A stretch of DNA of 64,000 bases from Dictyostelium discoideum (lineage: Eukaryota), in contig CM000151.3 of NCBI GenBank assembly GCA_000004695.1, forward strand, positions 8,096,001 to 8,160,000. Direction: 5' to 3'. This document shows, one piece after another, positions 24,325 through 41,365 of this stretch; the stretch's first letter is position 1; each line of letters begins with the position of its first letter. The position numbers and the translations under genes are program-made. The notes beneath the pieces were generated by a model. The model made no database searches and was not told the DNA's origin. It saw nothing but the letters and a program-made list of their open reading frames with translations.

Positions 24325-24480
24325 TTTTTTTTTAATTTTATTTTTATTTTTGTTTTTTTTCGAATTGGTGCCAAATTATTTTTCACCAAAATTGATGGGA
24401 TTACTAAATTTTCAACAAAAAAAAAAAATAAAACATCTTTTTTATTATTATGATAACAAAAAAAAAAAAATACCTTTATT
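24325..24480. repeat. About 155-bp non-coding element, copy 2 (homologous to 18405..18560)
   Basis: See copy 1. It lies downstream of the duplicated gene pair, whereas copy 1 lies upstream of it. Confidence 0.6.
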
Positions 24481-25119
24481 ATTAATAAAGAAAAAAAAAA
24501 ATTAAATAAATAAATAATAGTTAATTAATTATTATTATTTTATTTTATTTTTTTTTTTTTTATTTATCCATTTTATTTTTTTTTTTTTTTTTTTTTTGTT
24601 GAAAAAGTTCCAAACAAAAAAATTAAAAAATAAAAAAATCATGCGAAAAAAAAAAAAAACAGGTGAAAAATTTTGATTAGTTGAAACGGGTTTTAAATTT
24701 CTAACCCACCAAGTTATCACAAAAAAAAAAAAAAAAAAAAAAAACGATTTTTTTTATATTTTAAACTTTTTTTTTAAAAATATTTTACAATATTAAAATT
24801 TTTTTGTTTTTTTTTTATTTATTATTAAATAAAATACATACACACACACACACACACAATACACATAAATAATATTTTATTACAATAAAATAAAATAATA
24901 ATTTTACATTCAAATTTTGTTTAATAAACTAAAAAAAAAAAAAAAAAAAACAACAACAAACCCTCATAGCTTTTCGTTGTATCAACAAAAACACTTTGAT
25001 ACAACTGTATATATATTAGAAACAATTCCGTTAATTACCAATTTTTCAAACAATCGGAGTAACTACACACTCCAACAATTATCACCAGCAAAACAAAAAA
25101 AAAAAAGAAACAAAATTAA

Positions 25120-25152
<33 letters not shown>

Positions 25153-25318
25153 AAAAATCTTTTATATATATAAAAATAAATATTTATTTATATATATAAA
25201 AAAAAAAAAAAAAAAAAAAAAACACAAATATCAATATTTTATAATTTATACTCTCTTCTTTTATTATCAAATCCAATTTTTTAAAAAAATAAAAAAAAAA
25301 AAAAAAAAATAAAAAAAA

Positions 25319-26789
25319 ATGACAACAACAATTTCAAGTAATTTACCAAGTCAATTAGAAATTTCACCAACCAAATTATTAATTACTAAACAACCAATTA
25401 AATTAAGAGAATCCACAGAATCACCATTTAAATCAATGATGGATACTTTTAAGAATACAATAATTTCAACATCACCAACAGAATGTGAAGAATCATCATC
25501 ATCGACTATTACAACACCAAGTGAAGAATCCTTATCATCAGGTGAAGAGTCATCATCAATTTCAGATAGTGAATCAAAAATAATAACAATAGCAACTTTA
25601 TTGAAACCATCAAATAGTGTACAAGATTTTACACCATTATGTAACGGTGCACAAGAGACTGAAATCGTTAAAATTTCAAACTCAATCAATTTATCGAATT
25701 TCATAATTAAACATTTAGTTGGTAAAGGTGGATTTGGTAAAGTTTTTCAAGTGGTTCATGTCGATACTCAAAAGGTGTATGCACTAAAAGTCATTAAAAA
25801 GAATCATATCATCGCCAAGAAAAGTGTAGTAAATACATTAGCTGAAAAAGATATTCTAAAGAAGATTTCACATCCATTCATTGTCAATCTTCATTATGCA
25901 TTCCAAAATGAAAAGAAACTTTATTTAGTAATGGATTTCGTTAATGGCGGTCAATTATTTTATCATCTTCAAAAAGAAGCAATCTTCTCCGAAGATCAAG
26001 TTAGATTCTACATGGCTGAATTAATTTTAGCATTGGAACATCTTCATGACTCAAATATAGTTCATCGTGATTTAAAACCTGAAAATATCCTATTAGATTC
26101 TCAAGGTCATTGCATTCTAACTGATTTCGGTCTTGCAAAATTAGAAGTTAAAACAAATAATGAAACATTTAGTTTTGCTGGTACTTTAGAGTAAGTAAAT
26201 TTAAATATATAAAAAAAAAAAAAAAAAAGAAACACAAACATATTAACTTTTTTTTCTTTTTTTTTTTATTTTTTTTTTTTTTTTTATTAGATATATGGCA
26301 CCAGAAATGATTCAACATGCAACATGTGGTAAAGCAGTTGATTGGTGGAGTATTGGTATTTTAATGTATGATATGATGATTGGTAAACCACCATTTGAAC
26401 ATAAGAATCGTGCATTAATGCAAGAGAAAATCATTAGTGAGAAAGCAAAATTTCCAAAATTCGTTTCATCATCTGCTCGTTCATTAATTAATGGTTTACT
26501 CACTAAAGATCCAACTAAAAGATTAGGTGCAAATGGTGCAATTGAAATTAAAAGACATCCATTCTTTAAATCAATTCAATGGAGAAAGATTGAAAATAAA
26601 GAAATTACACCACCATTCGTCCCATCAACTAAAGGTATCGATGATATTAGTAATTTCGATCACGCATCTTTAAAAGCTCATCAAAGAGATTCTTTTTCAA
26701 CTTCCCCAACTTTATCATCTTCTCAACAAGCTTATTTTGATGGTTTTAGTTTTGTAAGAACTCCAGTTTTATTAGAATCTCAAAAATAA
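25319..26789 (+). CDS. AGC-family Ser/Thr protein kinase (PKB/SGK/S6K-like, no PH domain) with AGC C-terminal hydrophobic motif; exons 25319..26190, 26291..26789
   Basis: GKGGFGKV, VYALKVIKK, HRDLKPENILLD, DFGLAK, FAGTLE|YMAPE (intron GA|GTAAGT...ttattag|A splits the APE motif). AGC tail with FDGFSFV hydrophobic motif. Ser-rich, non-catalytic N-terminal 130 aa. Confidence 0.85.
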
Positions 26790-27071
26790 TTTCATATTTA
26801 ATAATAATTATAATTAATTATTTAATAAATTATTATTAATATCATTCCAATTTAAATTAATTAAAAATGTGTTATTATTATTTTTTTTTTTTTTTTTTTT
26901 TAATTAAATTATTATTGATATCATTCCAACTAAAATTAATTAAAAAATGTGTTGTTATTATTATTATTTTTTTTTTTTTTTTTTAATCATTTTTTATTTT
27001 TTAATTTTTTTTTATTATTATATTATTATTATTATTATTTATTAATTAATCTCTTTTTTTTTTTTTTTATT

Positions 27072-27762
27072 TTAAACAATTGGTTGATTTTTTAAACGAA
27101 TTAAAATTTCTCTCATTCTTGAAGTATCTTTATTGGCTGGATTTGGTTTTGCTTGTAAATCGATCATTGAGACAACAGATTCCCAAGTGTGAGTAGTGTT
27201 ACCACTGGTTGAATCAGTTTCTAATGATTTATTATGATCCCTATTGTTTTTTAATGCTGTCTTTTTCTTTGCTTCACGTTCACTATAAAAATTATCTAAT
27301 GATTGTTTAGCTTCTGCAATCTTTTTTTGACGTTTTTCTTCAGATTTCTTTTTCTTTTCTTGCATTTCTTTTTCATGTTTTTCCAAATATTCTCTGTATG
27401 TTTTTACAAAATTGAGAAAAAAAAAAAAAAAAAAATTAATAAAAGAACAAATATTTTTTTTTTTTTTTTTCCTCTTTTTCTAAGTTTTAAAAAACATACC
27501 TCATTGCTGGTGCAGTTTCTTTTGGTTTCATGTCACCATCAACTGAGGATAAATCACCATCGAATCCACTATTATAGCTATTATTGTTATGGTTATTATT
27601 GTTATTGTTGTTGTTTGAGTTGTCAAATGTTGTGGTTTCAAATGAAATACCATTACCATCAACATATTCTACATTTCCATCGATTAAATCATTTTCATTG
27701 ATATCTCCTTCAACAAATTCTTCTGTGATTTCAACATTTTCTTCACCAAATGGATCTGACAT
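27072..27762 (-). CDS. clc: Clathrin light chain; exons (minus) 27762..27500, 27393..27072
   Basis: Acidic N-terminus, then heavy-chain-binding/C-terminal consensus. KDTSRMREILIRLKNQPIV* matches the clathrin light chain C-terminal signature (KDVSRMRSVLISLKQ in metazoan CLCs). EKKKKSEEKRQKKIAEAKQSLDNFY coiled-coil region. Intron ATGAG|GTATGT...catacag|A. Confidence 0.75.
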
Positions 27763-28192
27763 TTTTTAAGTGTATATTATATAATTTATAAAAATTTAAA
27801 GTTGAAAAAAAAAAAAAAAAAAAAAAAAACTAAATAATATAAAAAAAAAAATTTAAAAAAAAAAAAATTAAAAAAAAAATATAAAAAAAAATAAAATTTT
27901 TTATTTTGAAAAAAAAATAATAAAAAAAAAAATAAAATTGAACTGCCACCTAAAAAACTTCTTTTTTAAACAAAAATATTTAATTTGTTTGAAGAGTTGA
28001 TATTTATTTGGTATATATAGACATTGTTTTTTTTTTTTATCTTAAATCTTTTTTTTTTTTTTTTTTACTTTTTAATTTTACTTTTTCTTATAAACATTTT
28101 ATTTAATTTTTTAAATCAAATTAATTTTTATTTTATTTTTTTTTTTTTTTTTATTTTTTTTTATTTTTATTTTTTTTTTTTTTTAATTTAAT

Positions 28193-28236
<44 letters not shown>

Positions 28237-28261
28237 CAAAATTTTTTATTTCCAAATTACA

Positions 28262-29395
28262 ATGAAAAGATTTATTTCAACAACAAGTTTACGTGTTTTA
28301 TCAAATTTAAATAAAAACAATAACAATAACAACAAGTTTAACAAATCAATTGTTGGAGTATTCAATAGAGAATTCTCAAGTTCAAATGAAGGATTAAATA
28401 AAGTTAATTTTGGTGAAAATAATAACTCATCCACCACTGAACCAACTAAAGTATTATTTAACGATTCACAATTTTATCAAGAGGATAAATATCAAGGTAT
28501 TTCAAAAGAACCATTTAGTAAAGAGATTGTTGATACTTTATTAGCAGATTTAAATCCAGACGATATTGAAATCAAACCAGATGGTTTAATTTATTTACCA
28601 GAGATCAAATATAGACGTATTTTAAATCAAGCATTCGGACCAGGAGGTTGGGCATTAAAACCATTCGGACCACCAGTTGTCGAGGGTAAAACATTGATTA
28701 GACCTTATGCACTCTATTGTTTAGGTAGATATGTAGCCGAATCCATTGGTGAGCAACAATACGTTCCAAATTCATTCATTTCATTTGCCACCGCCACTGA
28801 ATCTGCTAAATCCAATGCATTGGTTCGTTGTTGTAAAGATTTAGGTATTGGCTCAAGTCTTTGGGATCCAATTTTCATTCGTCAATGGAAATCTGAATAT
28901 GCCACAGAGAGATGGTGTGAAAATTCAAAAACAAAAGAAAGACGTTTGTTTTGGTTCCTTTCAAATCGTTCAGAAAATCAACTTCCATATCCATGGAAAG
29001 AATCTGATTTTAATCAAGTACCATCAAATTCATCATATTCATCATCATCATCATCAATAAATAACAATAGTAATAGTAGTAATAATAATAATAATAATAG
29101 TGATTCATCATCTTCAATAAATCAACCACAACAAGAAACAATTTCATATCATCAAGATGATTCATCTTCACCATCATCAAAAATTACAGAACAACAAGAT
29201 GATTCAGAAGATATTGATATCGATGATGTAGTACCACCACAATTAAAGAAATATGCAGGTAAAACATGGAGACAACTTGTTGCTGATCCAAAAGGTCTTA
29301 GTTATTTACAATGGGCTTCTTCATCATTCGATAATGCCCCCAAAATTAAAAGTCAAGCAACTGCAATTTTAGAATTTATCAATAAAAGTCAATAA
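28262..29395 (+). CDS. mgm101: Mitochondrial genome maintenance protein Mgm101 homologue (Rad52-like ssDNA annealing protein)
   Basis: [33 protein letters not shown] and [21 protein letters not shown] are near-identical to the yeast Mgm101 core ([54 protein letters not shown]). N-terminal [11 protein letters not shown] is presequence-like. Ser/Asn-rich C-terminal extension. Confidence 0.9.
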   Translation: [377 protein letters not shown]

Positions 29396-29464
29396 ATTAT
29401 TAAAATTTTAAAAAAAATAAAATTACTTTTTTATTTTTATTTTATTTTTCTCCATTATCGATTT

Positions 29465-31574
<2,110 letters not shown>

Positions 31575-31822
31575 TATTATTTTTATGAATTAATATTCGG
31601 AATTTCATAAAATTAAAAATTACTAATAAATTAAAAATTAAAAAATTAAATTCTAAAATTATTTATCTAAAATTATAATTATTTTATTTTTGAAATAATT
31701 ATAATTATATTTATAAATATTTATAAATAAATTTATTATATATATATATATATAAATTATATAAAGATCTTTAATTGGAGGGTGTGAAAATAAATAATTA
31801 GGTTGTTAAAGAAGAAAAGTAA

Positions 31823-31860
<38 letters not shown>

Positions 31861-32316
31861 TTTAAAAACATATATTAATAAAATAAATATTTAAAATTGA
31901 CAAATAAATAAAAATAATTTAATAAATTAAAATAGTTATGTTTATTAATTTTTTTTTTGTAGTTTACCAGTTGAGTATGTGTTGTTTGTGTGTGTGTGTC
32001 ATAAGTGTGGTTAAGCTTGTATTTATATTTTTTATTTTTATTTTTATTTTTTTTTATTTTTTTTTTTTAGATCGAAAAGATAATTTTCATAATTGTTTTT
32101 TTTTTATTTTTTTTTTATTTTTTTTTTTTATTTTTATTTTATTAACTGTTTCATTTCAATGGTAATTTGTTGAATATTTAATTAATTTATCTAAATAGAT
32201 ATACAGAGAAACGATCCTTTCTTCATGGTAACTTGAAAAATTGTTTAACACTGTGTGTTTTTTTTTTTTTTTTTTTTTTTTTACCTAAAACCCCATTAAA
32301 TTATAATTTTTTCCAT

Positions 32317-34866
<2,550 letters not shown>

Positions 34867-35040
34867 TGACCCTTTTTTATGGAAAAAAAAAAAAATAATA
34901 TTTTTTTATTTTTTTTTTTATTTTTTTTTTTATTTTTTTTTTTTTTGAAAATTTTCATCAGAATCAGAGACCTTTTTTTTTTTTTTTTTTTTTTTTTTTC
35001 GATAGTAATATAAATTGTAAATTAAAATTAATAAATAAAA

Positions 35041-35208
35041 ATGAATCGTTTAACCTTTTATGGATTATGTTTATCAGGCGCAGTTGGTATGGGTTTATTA
35101 GTAGGTTCACCAATGTATGTGTTATTATTTTAAAATAATAAATTATTATTATATTTTTTACTATTGACGCCACCACCCATCAATATTATAATATTAACCA
35201 ACAACAAA

Positions 35209-35253
<45 letters not shown>

Positions 35254-35430
35254 AACAGTTGTAGACCAGTTTTTGGTGAATTATTAGGTGCAAATAGGGA
35301 TCAAGAAAAACGTGAAAAAGAAATTAAAATTTTAATGGCTGGTGGTACAATTGACCCACACCACAACCACCACGATGATCACCATGATAGTCATGGACAT
35401 GGTCACGGTAAAATAAAAGGACACCATTAA
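35041..35430 (+). CDS. Small single-pass membrane protein with a His-rich C-terminus (hypothetical); exons 35041..35114, 35259 (or 35265)..35430
   Basis: MNRLTFYGLCLSGAVGMGLLVGSP-AT|GTATGT donor, intron containing (AAAT)n, acceptor ...aaaacag|T. Second exon CRPVFGELLGANRDQEKREKEIKILMAGGTIDPHHNHHDDHHDSHGHGHGKIKGHH*. Confidence 0.4.
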
Positions 35431-35743
35431 TACAAAATTTTAAATATCAATATATATAAAGAAATAAAAAAAAAAAAAAAATGAAAAAAAAAAAATGAAA
35501 AATATCAATAATATGTATGTCGAACATATATAAAGAAGAAATAAAATAAAACTAAAAAATGGAAAAAAAAGAAGAAATAAAGATAGTATAATATTATAAA
35601 AAATATTTAAGTATTGTTAGCAATAGCTATAATATGTGTGTGAGTGTAAAATCTTTTTGTTTTTTTTTTTTTATTATTATGAAGATAAGATATAGATAGA
35701 ATGTACAATTTTATTATTTATTATTTATTATTTATTATTATTT

Positions 35744-36149
35744 TTATAAATCTTTTGATTTTGATTCTAAATCAGTTATTATACTATCCCAATATGCGAA
35801 TCTATTTGAAATTTCTTGAATGATGTCATTGTATGATTGTACTTTTTCTTCTAATTTCTTATTCAATTGAATTGCAATCACTTCTTGTTCAAAGTGAATA
35901 TTTTCTAATGGTTTTAAAGCTTCATTTAATTTTGGAATTGATTGAGTTGAACTTGAATTTATAAATTTCTCCAATTCTCCCAACTTTTGTAAATTCCTAG
36001 CTGTACTATAAATTTCATCCTCTGCTGATAATATAATCGCTAATTTTTCAACACTATTCAATAATGATTCATTATCAACTATTTTATTAAATAATGTTTC
36101 ATTTGATTTATCTTTATATTTTTAAAATTTAAAATTAAAATTAAAATTT

Positions 36150-36193
<44 letters not shown>

Positions 36194-36569
36194 TATATAT
36201 AAAAAGTTTAAAAAACAACATACATATTAACATGAAATTATTAATTGATTCATTTTCAGATTTAATTTTATTTAAAACAGTTTTAAATTTTTCTAAAGAG
36301 TCTGTAATTGGTTCTTGTTGTTGTTGTTGTTGTAATTGTGATGTTGATATACTTGATGCTCTTGTTCTACCACCTGATGATTGAATTTGGTTTTGTTGTG
36401 ATTGTTTTTGAGCAGATGTAATTTGATTGAATGTTGGTAATGGTATTCTTAATAATGAATCTGTTGATGTTGATTGACAACCTAATAATAAAAATTCTAA
36501 TTTATTAACTCTATCTTCTAATTCATCAATTGATATATTAATTGATTCTTCACCACTGCTACTACTCAT
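35744..36569 (-). CDS. Coiled-coil protein, dynactin subunit 3 (p24)-like; exons (minus) 36569..36224, 36111..35744
   Basis: N-terminal LEDRVNKLEFLLLG resembles DCTN3 LQARVEELERWVYG. C-terminal NDIIQEISNRFAYWDSIITDLES resembles DCTN3 ...SKQFVQWDELLCQLEA. Intron ATAT|GTATGT...tataaag|AT is phase-consistent. Confidence 0.55.
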
Positions 36570-36654
36570 TATTATTATTATTATTATTCGTTATATTTGA
36601 AAATAAATAAAGATATTATTTAAAAATGGAGTTGTTGTGTTTGTTCAAAATGAA

Positions 36655-36685
<31 letters not shown>

Positions 36686-36945
36686 TTTTGACCAAACCCC
36701 AAAAAGTTTTCCTTTTCACTTTTTTTTTTTTTTTTTTTTTCATTTTGACAAACACTAAACTATTTTTAACTTTAAAAAAAATAAATAAATAAATATTTAT
36801 TTATTTATTTTGGAATTTAATTTTAAATAGATAAAAAAAAAAAAAAAGTAATTTAAATTGATAATATTATCAAAGACTGAGTAGATAGATAATTTTGAAA
36901 TTATAAATGATTTCTTTTTTATTTTTATTTTTATTTTTATTTTTA

Positions 36946-38724
36946 TTAAATATTAATTGATATCCAAGTAAAATTATAAATTTGTGGCATATATTGATGA
37001 GAGATTAAACTCCAATCATTCCAATTAAATGGTGGACAATCAGAAGTTACAGTTGGACCATTACGAGCAACAGCAGTAAAAGAATTTACCATATCATAAT
37101 TAATTGCTTTTCCATCGATACCACCATGAGTACCATGATAAAACCAAGAGTAAATTGGATTACCACTTGGTAAAGAACCACCTTTGATATCGAATCTAGC
37201 ATTGATTGAATTACCAGGATAACCCATACTAAATGGGTCAGTTTTATATTGATTATAATCGATGATATTCATCATATCTTGTAAAGTTTCAAGTTTTGAA
37301 TGATCTCTACGGAAAATATTAGCACGTGGATTATATTCATAGGTGAAGAGGTCACCAAATTTCTCGACATAGTATGGGTAACCAAGGATATCAAACACCT
37401 CTTCAAAGTAAGGTCTATTATAACTTGGCCAATAACCTTGCTCCCAAAGTGTGAGTGTTACATCGGCAGCTTGATAACCACCTGGATATTGTTCAACGAT
37501 CCAAAGTAAATCCGATTGTAATTCAGTTGAATAAGGTGTAAACAATTTATAATCCAATACTACAAATTGAATATTATTTGTACCACTATTATTCTCAACA
37601 AATATTGATACCCATTGGAAACCATTGTTTGCCAATCTATTAGCCACTAAGTTTCTAACCCAATACATAAATGATTGTGCATTAATTTGTTGATATAAAG
37701 TTTGATTTAAAATTGTATTTAATGTTTCAGTTAAATGTAATTTCGATGGTCTAATTTGATAGAAATCATCAATTGATACCAATAAACCTGGATATGATGA
37801 GAATAAAGTTTCACTACCATAGGGTGTTGATGCAACTGGTATATTGATTCTCTTGTAAATTCTAATCATTACACTAAAATCTGCCCAACTTGTATGAGCT
37901 GACATTAAATCACTACAATTGTTTGTTAATTTAATAATTGATGTACAATGTCCAGTTGTTGCCATTAACTGTTCAACTTCTTTTCTATCCATTGGTATAA
38001 ATTCATTGTTTGGTGTGGTTGTTAATGTAACAATATCACCCATATCACCATAAAGATTAATCATATATATTTCAATAAAAGTTTTTTGATAATCTTCACC
38101 TGCTGCTGCATTGTAACCTTCATATAAACCAATTTGTTGACTCATTGCATTTCTAATTTGAATCCAATATGGATCTGTAGTTGATGATGAATTCACTCTC
38201 TCCATCATATATTCCCAATTATCAGATACAAATGTTAATGTCTCGGTTGGTATCTCCTTAATATTAGAGGTATTGAAAAAACTATTAAAATAATTTCCAG
38301 AGAATTTATAAATATATTCCCATGTTAAATAACCTTCAAGATATCCTGCTGCTTTAAATGCAATATTATCTGAAACTGTTGAAACTGTTTCAATTGATAA
38401 TTTACCCCAACCATCTTTATTCATTTCATCTTTAAAATATCCCTTTTTTTTTAATTAAAAAAAAAAAAAAAAATTAAAAATAAAAAAAATTAATATAAAT
38501 TATTTATTAATATTATTTTTTAAATTGGTCAAAAAAAAAAAAAAAAAAAGACATACCCATGCAATTGAACCTGGTATTTGTTTACCTTGGACAACTTGGA
38601 ATTGTGATGTAAGTGAATAATATTGAACATCTGAACCACTATCACTACTACTATCACTACTCGATAAAGAGTAGGAATTTGAAATTAAAAATACAATTAC
38701 AATTAATAAAATAAATAATTTCAT
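36946..38724 (-). CDS. Phospholipase B-like protein (LAMA/PLB family), secreted; exons (minus) 38724..38557 (signal peptide), 38442..36946
   Basis: Signal peptide MKLFILLIVIVFLISNSYS. Mature region GYFKDEMNKDGWGKL...HTSWADF...WxxY has a typical PLB-like (PLBD) fold signature and length (about 555 aa). Intron TGG|GTATGT...aaaaag|GG, phase 0. Confidence 0.75.
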
Positions 38725-38739
38725 TTTACATGTATGTTG

Positions 38740-38783
<44 letters not shown>

Positions 38784-39122
38784 CAGTAATATTTTATAAT
38801 ATTACTGCTCGGGTTTATGTGGTGCCCATGGGAAAATAAAAAAAAATTTTTTAAAAACAATTGAAAATATCTTGGTATGCCAATCAACCAGGCAAAAAAA
38901 AAAATAATGAAAAAAATAAAAAAATAAAAATTATAAAATCTAAAATAAAATAAAAATTATAAATTTTAAGATAAAATAAAAATAAAATAAAATAAAATAA
39001 AAAAAAATAATGAATTACAATTCCATATTATTAGATTATATTATTTTTAGTTTAATTATTTACAATTTTATTGATATATTTATTTTTTTTTAAATTATGA
39101 ATTATTATTTTTATTATTGATT

Positions 39123-39753
39123 TTATCTTTTTCCACCTCTACCACCACTTCTACCACCTCTACCACCACCTCTGCTACCACCTCTACCACCACCACCACC
39201 ACCTCTACTACTGCTTCCACCTCTATTATAACCTTTACTTTTACTTGAATATACGGTTTTAATATCATGTTTATTAATGTGTAATGTGCCATTTGAAAAT
39301 CTACCAATTTTGAGACCTGGTTCATCATCTTTATTATTATTACTATTTGATTTAATTGATTTCTTTATTGGTTTTTCACCTCTTAAAATACTCTTTTTTT
39401 TTTTTTTATAATAAAATAATAAATATTAGTAGGCTTTTAAAAATTGTTTAGAAAAAAAAAAGTTTTTATATGAAATTTACTTCTGTAATTAAATTTTCTT
39501 GTTTTTCTTTTTCAATTTTATTATTTATGATGGCTTTTTTAAAAGGTAAAAAAGTTTTTTTAACTTTTCTACCACTTTTTATTAAATCATCTTCAGCTGC
39601 ACTTCTTTTAACTCTTCTTGCTACAACTTTTAAACCTAAATTTCTAATCTCTTTTGATGCATCTTTAAAATATTGTCTTTGTTCATCACCAACTTGACCA
39701 CCGACTTTAAATGGTGTACTTTTATTACCACCTCTACCACTTTTGCTACTCAT
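39123..39753 (-). CDS. RGG-box (Gly/Arg-rich) probable RNA-binding protein, hypothetical; exons (minus) 39753..39481, 39392..39123
   Basis: N-terminal MSSKSGRGGNKSTPFKVGG and C-terminal GYNRGGSSSRGGGGGGRGGSRGGGRGGRSGGRGGKR* RGG repeats. Intron GAA|GTAAAT...aaaaag|AGT, phase 0. The 39095..39328 ORF in the track is an antisense-frame artefact of the RGG repeat. Confidence 0.5.
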
Positions 39754-39872
39754 ATTCCTAAATATATAAATTTGTGTGTTTTGTTTTTTTAAATGAAAAT
39801 TTCCATCGTTTTTTTTTTTTTTTTGATTTCCAAATTATTTTTATTTTTTTTTTTTTATTTTTTTTTTTTGTC

Positions 39873-39905
<33 letters not shown>

Positions 39906-40498
39906 CCAACTTTCTTTTTAATAAATTATTTAATTTATTAATTACTTAATGTTAATAAAAAAAATATTAATTAATTCTTACTTTTATGGTAATATCGAAT
40001 CTCTAAAATTAAATGGTGAGATTATTTTTTTTTTTTATTTTTATATATATTATTTTTTATTATTTTTATTTTTTTTATTTTTTTTTATTATTTTTTTATT
40101 TTTTTTATTTTTTTTGGAATGAAAAATAAAATTATTAAATTTGAAATTTATAGTTTTTTTTTAGGTTTTTTTTTTATTTATATTAAACTATATAAATTAT
40201 ATTATATTTTTAATAATTTTCTTATTTTATTTTTTAAGATCTCATTTTTTTGAAAAAAAAATACAAAACAAGATTGTGTTTGAAAAAAAAAAAAAAGGCA
40301 CATCTTCCAATTTTTATTCTTAGTAAAAAATAGGTCCAAAAAAAAAAAAAAAAAAAAAAACAAATTAAATAAAACAACACACAAATTAAAAAAAAAATTT
40401 TTATTTTATTTATTTATTTTTTAATTTGTATTTTTTTAATTCATTTTTTTTTTTAATTTATTTTTTATTTATTTAATAACATATAATTTTAAATAAAA

Positions 40499-40957
40499 AT
40501 GACAAGTAAATATTGTTGCCAACATGATGAATTTTCTTTAAGAAAGCTTAAAAAAAGTGAAGATTTCACTCTTTACCTTGATGAATTACTAGATCAAGAT
40601 GAGTTTCTAAAGATTCAGCCTGGTTACTGCACAGAGGAATGTAAACAAAAAATGAAGGAGATTTATAGAATTACATTCGAACGTTATATTGAGACTATAA
40701 ACAAATATTACAGTGACAGCAGAATTTTTGAATATAACTTGGGAAAAAATCCTCGAGGATGTGATATTTGGATGTATCGAGAATTTTTCAGTACTCCACC
40801 CCCTATCTCTCCCCAAGATGAATATGCTAGAATGGTCATAAAAGCAATGAAAGTTGGTATTAAAGATGGAAAGCCTGTTAGATTATGTGAATTGCCACCT
40901 GGTGTACAATGTGATTTTGATGCAAAAAACCTACCTGATTCTGAAGAAGATGAATAG
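40499..40957 (+). CDS. Hypothetical 152-aa protein with atypical codon usage (Cys-pair rich: CCQHDE...CTEEC...C..PPGVQC)
   Basis: Intact ATG..TAG ORF. Codons such as CAG CCT GGT TAC TGC ACA GAG and CGA GGA TGT are unusual for this genome. No family recognised by eye. Confidence 0.45.
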   Translation: MTSKYCCQHDEFSLRKLKKSEDFTLYLDELLDQDEFLKIQPGYCTEECKQKMKEIYRITFERYIETINKYYSDSRIFEYNLGKNPRGCDIWMYREFFSTPPPISPQDEYARMVIKAMKVGIKDGKPVRLCELPPGVQCDFDAKNLPDSEEDE

Positions 40958-41149
40958 AAAAATAAGTGTTAATTAAATAAAAAGAACTGTTTTAAATTTT
41001 TTTATTTTATTTTACTTTTATTTTTTTTTATAACTCTTATATAAGAGAAGTAGTTTATTTTTTTTTTAATTTTTAATATTTTTTTTTTATTTCTTTTAAT
41101 TATTTTTTTTTTTCTTTTTTTATTTCTTGCACCTCTTTTAGGTGCAAAG

Positions 41150-41365
41150 TTACCATATATATCGTTGAGCTTCTTGTGCAGTTGCAAAGGTTCTAATTAG
41201 CTCTTGTTTTTCTCTAAGTCTTTGCAATCGTCTTCTTTCACTTTCTTCTTGCATCAACCTTCTTCTTTCTTCTTGTTCAGCCAATCTTTGTTGTGTTTTT
41301 TTAATTTTTATTAATTTTACCGTTTCAGGGTCTGCTTCAATTTCTTTTTTTTGATGGGCACCCAT
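41150..41365 (-). CDS. Hypothetical 71-aa charged coiled-coil ORF (QRLAEQEERRRLMQEESERRRLQRLREKQELIR)
   Basis: GC-richer ORF within the island. No homology assignable. Confidence 0.25.
   Translation of the reverse strand: MGAHQKKEIEADPETVKLIKIKKTQQRLAEQEERRRLMQEESERRRLQRLREKQELIRTFATAQEAQRYIW

Noticed and set aside
39095-39328. Minus-strand ORF with EVVVEVVVVVV repeats
   Set aside because: Alternative frame of the (AGAGGTGGT)n RGG-encoding repeat. The RGG frame joins properly to the upstream exon and is preferred.
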